Source: Acidimicrobiia bacterium (GTDB lineage Bacteria > Actinomycetota > Acidimicrobiia > Spongiisociales > ZC4RG35). From it: a stretch of DNA of 53,456 nt. A program made the translations under genes and the position numbers. The notes under the pieces were generated by a model. It did not search any database, was not told the origin of the DNA, and saw only the letters and a program-made list of their open reading frames with translations. Positions 48,355-53,456 of the stretch are shown in pieces (position 1 is the first letter of the stretch; each line of letters opens with the position of its first letter). The DNA lies in the NCBI GenBank assembly GCA_035460965.1, contig DATHWB010000222.1, positions 1 to 53,456 on the forward strand, read 5' to 3'.

Positions 48355-49692
48355 ATGGCCGCGGCCCCCGTCACGCGATACACCAAGAGCGGCGACGTCA
48401 ACATCGCCTACCAGGTGGTGGGCCAGGGCCCGCCCGACCTCGTCTACGTGCCGGGCTTCGTCTCGAACATCGAGGTCATGTGGGAGGACCCCGACACTGC
48501 CCGATTCTTGACCTCGCTGGCGGAGTTCTCGCGTCTCATCGTGTTCGACAAGCGGGGGACGGGGATGTCGGACACCGTGGCGGTGGATCGGCTGCCCACC
48601 CTCGAGGAACGAATGGACGACGTGCGGGCGGTGATGGACACGGTGGGGTCGCGGCGGGCGACACTGCTCGGGCACTCGGAGGGCGGGAACATGTCGATCC
48701 TCTTCGCCGCCACCTACCCGGACCGGTGTGACGGTCTGGTGCTCGTGGGTTGCTACGCCCGCCGCGTCTGGTCGGAGGAGTATCCGTGGGCGCCTCGCCC
48801 CGACGATCGTGCCGCCCACATCCTCGAGACGGAACGTCACTGGGGCGACCCGGCCCACCTCCCTCCTTGGATGGCCCCGAGCCGGGAGCACGACCCCTCC
48901 TACCAGGACTGGCTGGCGCGGTACTTCCGACTCGGCGCCAGCCCGGCCGCGGCGGCCCACCTGCTGCGGATGAACTCGCTGATCGACACGACGGCCGTCC
49001 TGCCCGCCATCCGCGTCCCCACCCTGTGCATCTACCGGACCGACGACGAGGACGTCCTGGTCGAGGAGGGCCGCTGGATCGCGTCGCGGATCCCCGATGC
49101 CCGCTTCGTGGAGCTGCCCGGCAGCGACCACTTCATCACGGCGGGCGACTACGAGCCGCTCCTCGACGAGGTGCGCGAGTTCGTCACCGGGCACCGGGCG
49201 CCCCGCGACTCTCACCGGGTCCTGGCCACGGTGCTGTTCACCGACATCGTCGGGTCCACCGAGACGGCGGCCCGGCTGGGGGACCACGACTGGTCGGCGC
49301 TGCTGCAGCGTCACCACCGGATCGTGCGGGAGGAACTGGGCAGGTACCGGGGCACGGAGATCGACACCTCCGGTGACGGCTTCCTGGCGACGTTCGACGG
49401 TCCGGCCCGGGCGATCTCCGCGGCTCGCTCGATCTGCTCCAGGATGCAGCCGCTCGGCTTGGAGGTGCGTGCGGGCATCCACACCGGGGAGGTCGAGATC
49501 GTGACCGGCGGGGTGGCCGGCCTGGCTCTGCACATCGGCGCCCGCATCGCCGCCATCGCCGCTCCCGGCGAGGTGCTCGTCTCCCGCACCGTCAAGGATC
49601 TGGTGGCGGGGTCCGGCCTGGCGTTCGAGGATCGCGGCGTGCACCGGCTGAAGGGCGTTCCCGACGAATGGGCGGTCTACGCCGTCGTCTGA
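48355..49692 (+). CDS. Alpha/beta hydrolase / class III adenylate-guanylate cyclase fusion protein
   Basis: The N-terminal half has GHSEGG (nucleophile elbow). The C-terminal half has LATVLFTDIVGSTE...GDGFLATFDG...RAGIHTGEVE... Confidence 0.88.
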   Translation: MAAAPVTRYTKSGDVNIAYQVVGQGPPDLVYVPGFVSNIEVMWEDPDTARFLTSLAEFSRLIVFDKRGTGMSDTVAVDRLPTLEERMDDVRAVMDTVGSRRATLLGHSEGGNMSILFAATYPDRCDGLVLVGCYARRVWSEEYPWAPRPDDRAAHILETERHWGDPAHLPPWMAPSREHDPSYQDWLARYFRLGASPAAAAHLLRMNSLIDTTAVLPAIRVPTLCIYRTDDEDVLVEEGRWIASRIPDARFVELPGSDHFITAGDYEPLLDEVREFVTGHRAPRDSHRVLATVLFTDIVGSTETAARLGDHDWSALLQRHHRIVREELGRYRGTEIDTSGDGFLATFDGPARAISAARSICSRMQPLGLEVRAGIHTGEVEIVTGGVAGLALHIGARIAAIAAPGEVLVSRTVKDLVAGSGLAFEDRGVHRLKGVPDEWAVYAVV

Positions 49693-50537
49693 TCCTCCAG
49701 CGAGAAGCCCTTGCGGTACGGACGAACGAGCCGTTCGTGGGCGAAGCCGATCGACTCGTACAGCCGGCGGGCTGCCGCGTTCGACTCCCGCACCGTCAGG
49801 TTCACCGAGCCCGCGCCCGATTCGAGAAGCCGATCGGTGGCGTCCATGACCAGCCTCCGGGCGATGCCTCGTCGCCGAAACGCCGCGTCCACTCCGAGAT
49901 AGTCGATGTACCCGGATCGGTCCGAGTGGAGTTCGATCGCCACGTACCCTGCGACCTCGCCGTCGACGACCGCCACGAGGCGGGGATCCTCGGACGCGAC
50001 GAGCAGCCGTCCCGGACTGTGGGTGCCCGGGAAGAGCCGGTCGTGCAACGCCGCCACCGCCGCCCGGTCCCCGGCTTGCAGCTGGCGTGTCCCGCCCGTT
50101 CCGCCGAACCCGGCGCCCTCGTAACGGAGCACCGCCGAGGCTGTCTCGCCCCGGAAGCCGTTCCGCTCGGCGAGCCGCGCCGCCTGCCGGTTCCGATCGT
50201 CCGGAGCCATCTCCTCTTCCGGGGATCCCGCCGCGCTCGCCCGCTGGTACAAGAGGTCGAGTGTGCGGTCGTCGGCTCCGTCCACGGCGAACGGACCCCA
50301 CCACCAGGTCCTCCCCATGTCGGAGTCGGTCTCCGCCAATATCCAGCCGGCCAGCGTCCCCGCGTCGTCGAGGACCACCGTGCGAGCCACCCAATCGTCG
50401 ACATCGGCGACGTCGGACCGGATCGACTCCGGGTCCACCCCCAGGTAACCGATGTGCCGTTCCGGTCGTGCCTGCAGTCGGGCGGCCAGCGCGACCATGG
50501 CATCGAGATCGGCGGTCACGGCGGGACGTACGAACAT
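49677..50537 (-). CDS. Two-domain GNAT N-acetyltransferase (MshD-like architecture)
   Basis: The C-terminal GNAT has YLGVDAAFRRRGIARRLV (acetyl-CoA loop) and the N-terminal half is degenerate. Its 3' end overlaps the cyclase gene by 16 bp. Confidence 0.78.
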   Translation of the reverse strand: MFVRPAVTADLDAMVALAARLQARPERHIGYLGVDPESIRSDVADVDDWVARTVVLDDAGTLAGWILAETDSDMGRTWWWGPFAVDGADDRTLDLLYQRASAAGSPEEEMAPDDRNRQAARLAERNGFRGETASAVLRYEGAGFGGTGGTRQLQAGDRAAVAALHDRLFPGTHSPGRLLVASEDPRLVAVVDGEVAGYVAIELHSDRSGYIDYLGVDAAFRRRGIARRLVMDATDRLLESGAGSVNLTVRESNAAARRLYESIGFAHERLVRPYRKGFSLEDQTTA

Positions 50538-50603
50538 TCCGGCAGGCTGCCATCCGCGGCCACTCGATGCGGTCCGATTTTCGGGTCACTAGCTTTCACC
50601 CGG

Positions 50604-52394
50604 ATGGATCCGCGTGCCCGATTCGACGACCTCCGACCGCGCTCGCGGCGTTCCTTCAGCCTCACAGGATGCGAAGAGGTGCTGGTGGCCCACGACGTCT
50701 CACGGGTGGTCGCCGTCCTGGAACGTGCCGAGCGGGCCGTGGCGGAGGGCAAGTGGGTGGCGGGCTTCGTCGCCTACGAGGCCGCTCCTGCGTTCGATGC
50801 CGCCTTCACGGTCCGCGAGCCGGCCGACGTGAGGCTTCCGCTGGCGTGGTTCGCGGTCTACGCCGGGCGCCGATCCACCACCCCTCCGGCCGACGGCCGA
50901 TACACCGTGGGGACGTGGTCGGCCACCGACGACGCCGGCCACCACGCCGCGGCCGTGGACCGGATCCGCCAGGCGATCGCCAGAGGCGACACCTACCAGG
51001 TCAACCACACCTTCCGGATGTCCGCCCCCTTCGAGGGCGACCCCGAGGCGCTGTACCTCGACCTCATCGGAGGACAGTCCTGCGGGTACGGCGCCTTCAT
51101 CGATGCAGGCGAGTGGGCCATCGCCTCGGCGTCACCCGAACTGTTCTTCGAATGGCGCCACGGCAAGGTCACGTCTCGCCCGATGAAGGGGACCACGGCT
51201 CGCGGGTTCGAAATCGAAGACGACGAGGGGCGGCGTGCCCGACTCGTCCGCTCCGAGAAGGACCGGGCCGAGAACCTGATGATCGTCGACATGGTCCGCA
51301 ACGACATCGGACGCGTGGCGAGGACGGGAACCGTCGCCGTCCCTGAGCTGTTCACGGCCGAGAAGTACGACACGGTGTGGCAGTTGACCTCGACGGTCAC
51401 CGCCGAACCGCGCCCTGCGACGACGTTGCCCGACCTCTTCGGGGCATTGTTCCCATGCGCATCGATCACCGGTGCTCCCAAGGTGGCGACGATGCGACTC
51501 ATCGCCGACCTCGAGTCCACGCCACGGGGCGTCTACTGCGGTGCGGTGGGTTACGGCGGACCGCGTCCGGGCGGTCCCGAGTGGGCGTTCAACGTCGCCA
51601 TCCGCACCGTCACGCTGGACCGCGTCAGCGGTATCGCCGAGTACGGCACCGGCGGAGGGGTGACCTACGACTCGACCGCTGGCGGCGAGTACCGGGAGGC
51701 GCTGTTGAAAGCACGGGTACTGGAGCGGCGCACCGCCGGATTCTCTCTGCTCGAGACGATGCGGTGGTCACCGGGTCACGGCTACCGAGACCTCACCGCC
51801 CACCTGGAACGGCTGACGCGGTCGGCGTGGTACTTCGACGTCCCGGTCGACCCCGCCGAGGTGCGCAGCGCCCTCGATGCCGCCGTACGACAGGAGACCG
51901 ATCCTCGACGGGTGCGGCTCCTGGTCGCCCGCGACGGCACGATCAGCACCGAGACCGGCGATCTGCCGGCACCCTCCGATCCGGTCTCGATGGTGCTCGA
52001 CACCGAGCGCATCGACCCTGGCGACGCAATGCTCCGCCACAAGACCACCGAACGCACGATCTACGAGAACGCCGCGGGTCGCCACCCCGGGTTCGACGAC
52101 GTCGTGCTGGTCACGACCGACGGGCTGGTGGCTGACACCACCGTGGCCACGTTCTGCGCCGAGATCGACGGGACGTGGTTCACACCCCCGGTCTCCGACG
52201 GCGCGCTGCCGGGGGTGGCGCGGAAGCGGCTGGTGGAGACTGGTCGCCTGAGGGAACGGTCGATACCCGTCGAGCAGCTGTCACGTGCCACCCGGGTGGC
52301 ACGACTCAACAGCGTGCGCGGCTGGGAGGCGGCGACGGTCGAGACCCTGGCGATCTCCCACCCCGCCGGTCAGCCCCTGCGGCGTCGTCGTTGA
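50604..52394 (+). CDS. pabB: Aminodeoxychorismate synthase component I fused to an aminodeoxychorismate lyase / class IV aminotransferase domain
   Basis: Chorismate-binding core (SPELFF...RPMKGT...KDRAENLMIVDMVRNDIGR...FPCASITGAPK...GTGGGVT), then a class-IV fold tail (HKTTER...LPGVARKRL). Confidence 0.88.
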   Translation: MDPRARFDDLRPRSRRSFSLTGCEEVLVAHDVSRVVAVLERAERAVAEGKWVAGFVAYEAAPAFDAAFTVREPADVRLPLAWFAVYAGRRSTTPPADGRYTVGTWSATDDAGHHAAAVDRIRQAIARGDTYQVNHTFRMSAPFEGDPEALYLDLIGGQSCGYGAFIDAGEWAIASASPELFFEWRHGKVTSRPMKGTTARGFEIEDDEGRRARLVRSEKDRAENLMIVDMVRNDIGRVARTGTVAVPELFTAEKYDTVWQLTSTVTAEPRPATTLPDLFGALFPCASITGAPKVATMRLIADLESTPRGVYCGAVGYGGPRPGGPEWAFNVAIRTVTLDRVSGIAEYGTGGGVTYDSTAGGEYREALLKARVLERRTAGFSLLETMRWSPGHGYRDLTAHLERLTRSAWYFDVPVDPAEVRSALDAAVRQETDPRRVRLLVARDGTISTETGDLPAPSDPVSMVLDTERIDPGDAMLRHKTTERTIYENAAGRHPGFDDVVLVTTDGLVADTTVATFCAEIDGTWFTPPVSDGALPGVARKRLVETGRLRERSIPVEQLSRATRVARLNSVRGWEAATVETLAISHPAGQPLRRRR

Positions 52395-53341
52395 ACTCCA
52401 GACTCGAGGGGTCGGGCCGAAAGCCGCTCCTCGATCTCGTGTCGATCGGGGCGCCCACCGGACACACCGGCATCGACCGCCTCCCTGACGGCGGCGATGT
52501 GTTCGGGAGTCGATCCACAACACGTGCCGACGACCCGCGCCCCCGACCGGACGGCGAGGTCGACGAAGTCCGCCATGCCCTCCGGGCCGATCGGGTAGAC
52601 CAGTCGATCCGTCTCGTACAGCGGCATGCCGCAGTTCGGCTTCGCCACCGCCACGATGTCCGGTGCCACGGAGGTGATGTCGAAGACGGCGGCCACCGCG
52701 TCGCCGGGGCCGATACCGCAATTGGCGCCCACCCCGTCGAGGCGACCGTCGGCCAGCGCCCATGAGCCGAGCTGCACGCCCGACACCCCCATCATCGTGT
52801 GCCCGGCGGTGTCGAAGCTGAGGGTTGCGACGATGGGGCGGTCGAACCTGTTTGCCGCCTCGACGGCAGCGGACAGCTCCTCGATCGAGGAGATGGTCTC
52901 GATCCACACCACGTCCACGCCCCCCTCGACCAGCGCTTCGATCTGCTCGGAGAACACCTCGACCGCCTGCACTCGCGACAGGGTCCCCAGCGGTTCCAGC
53001 AGGTCGCCGGTCGGGCCGACCGAGCCGGCCACCAAGGTGCCGTCGGCCGAGCGATGGGCGATCGACGCCGCCGCAACGTTGAGCTCGCGCACACGATGCG
53101 ACGCCCCGTGCAGTGCGAGCCGGCGGGCATTCCCCCCGAACGTGTTGGTGAGCACCACATCCGACCCGGCCGCGGCGAATCGGCGATGAACATCGGCGAC
53201 CAGTGAGGGCCGCTCGACGTTGAGGAGCTCGGGACAGCCTCCTCCCTCGAGTCCCAACGAGAACAGGGTCGTACCCATCGCGCCATCGGCGACGAGCACT
53301 CCTCGATCGGCGAGTGCGGTGTGGAAACGTCCGTTGCGCAT
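52370..53341 (-). CDS. Homocysteine S-methyltransferase (Hcy-binding domain protein)
   Basis: LVADGAMGT...VVLTNTFG..., GANCG and GTCCGSTPEH (zinc Cys triad). Confidence 0.88.
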   Translation of the reverse strand: MRNGRFHTALADRGVLVADGAMGTTLFSLGLEGGGCPELLNVERPSLVADVHRRFAAAGSDVVLTNTFGGNARRLALHGASHRVRELNVAAASIAHRSADGTLVAGSVGPTGDLLEPLGTLSRVQAVEVFSEQIEALVEGGVDVVWIETISSIEELSAAVEAANRFDRPIVATLSFDTAGHTMMGVSGVQLGSWALADGRLDGVGANCGIGPGDAVAAVFDITSVAPDIVAVAKPNCGMPLYETDRLVYPIGPEGMADFVDLAVRSGARVVGTCCGSTPEHIAAVREAVDAGVSGGRPDRHEIEERLSARPLESGVQRRRRRG

Positions 53342-53456
53342 GGTGTCCTCCGTGGTCTGAGCCGACGGATCGCCCCTGGAACGGAGCGACCGCCGCAGCG
53401 GATTGTGCTGGGCGGTCCCACGACCGCCGCTTTAGCTGCATTTCTCATGCGCCCAG

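Noticed and set aside
48316-50589. 757-aa minus-strand ORF spanning the cyclase and GNAT loci
   Set aside because: It runs antisense to the motif-supported cyclase gene and out of frame with the GNAT. Its composition is typical of a high-GC shadow ORF.

Overview
This is a high-GC (about 70% by eye) actinobacterial-type chromosomal window holding about 52 protein genes, many joined by 4-nt (ATGA/GTGA) or 1-nt start/stop overlaps. I found no rRNA, tRNA, CRISPR array, transposase or integrase.

Gene content from left to right:
- a peptide-type ABC importer (divergent ATPase, two permeases, lipoprotein binding protein) followed by three tandem D-aminoacylase paralogs;
- the conserved actinobacterial block ppx-DUF501-ftsB-eno;
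- a roughly 6.2-kb accessory cluster: enolase-superfamily dehydratase, three SDRs, a Zn-ADH, and an ECF sigma factor with a membrane partner;
- mazG, a parvulin lipoprotein and mfd;
- a tightly coupled five-gene operon: pgsA, extended SDR, D-2-hydroxyacid dehydrogenase, hotdog thioesterase, Usp-Usp-DUF389;
- glpD, an ECF42-type sigma factor with a YCII protein, and glpK;
- pth, rplY, an alpha/beta hydrolase, pgl, an esterase lipoprotein, an AlkA-like glycosylase and an MFS transporter;
- a flavin reductase-deoC-ALDH-truncated ALDH operon;
- an EamA transporter and metG;
- sodN/sodX (nickel SOD), a hydrolase-cyclase fusion, a GNAT, a pabB-pabC fusion and a homocysteine S-methyltransferase.

No clear-cut novel system stood out. 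The observations most worth a second look are:
- a tandem, covarying C6/G6-rich structured repeat in the 360-bp spacer 3' of sodN;
- the unfamiliar pgsA-led operon, whose pgsA appears to start at AUC;
- a NiSOD with Tyr in place of the conserved Ni-hook proline;
- an ALDH paralog lacking its catalytic domain, coupled to a full-length ALDH by UGAUG;
- 11-bp-phased heptamer repeats upstream of the MFS gene;
- the triple D-aminoacylase array.

All functional calls come from reading motifs in the translations. No database search was run.
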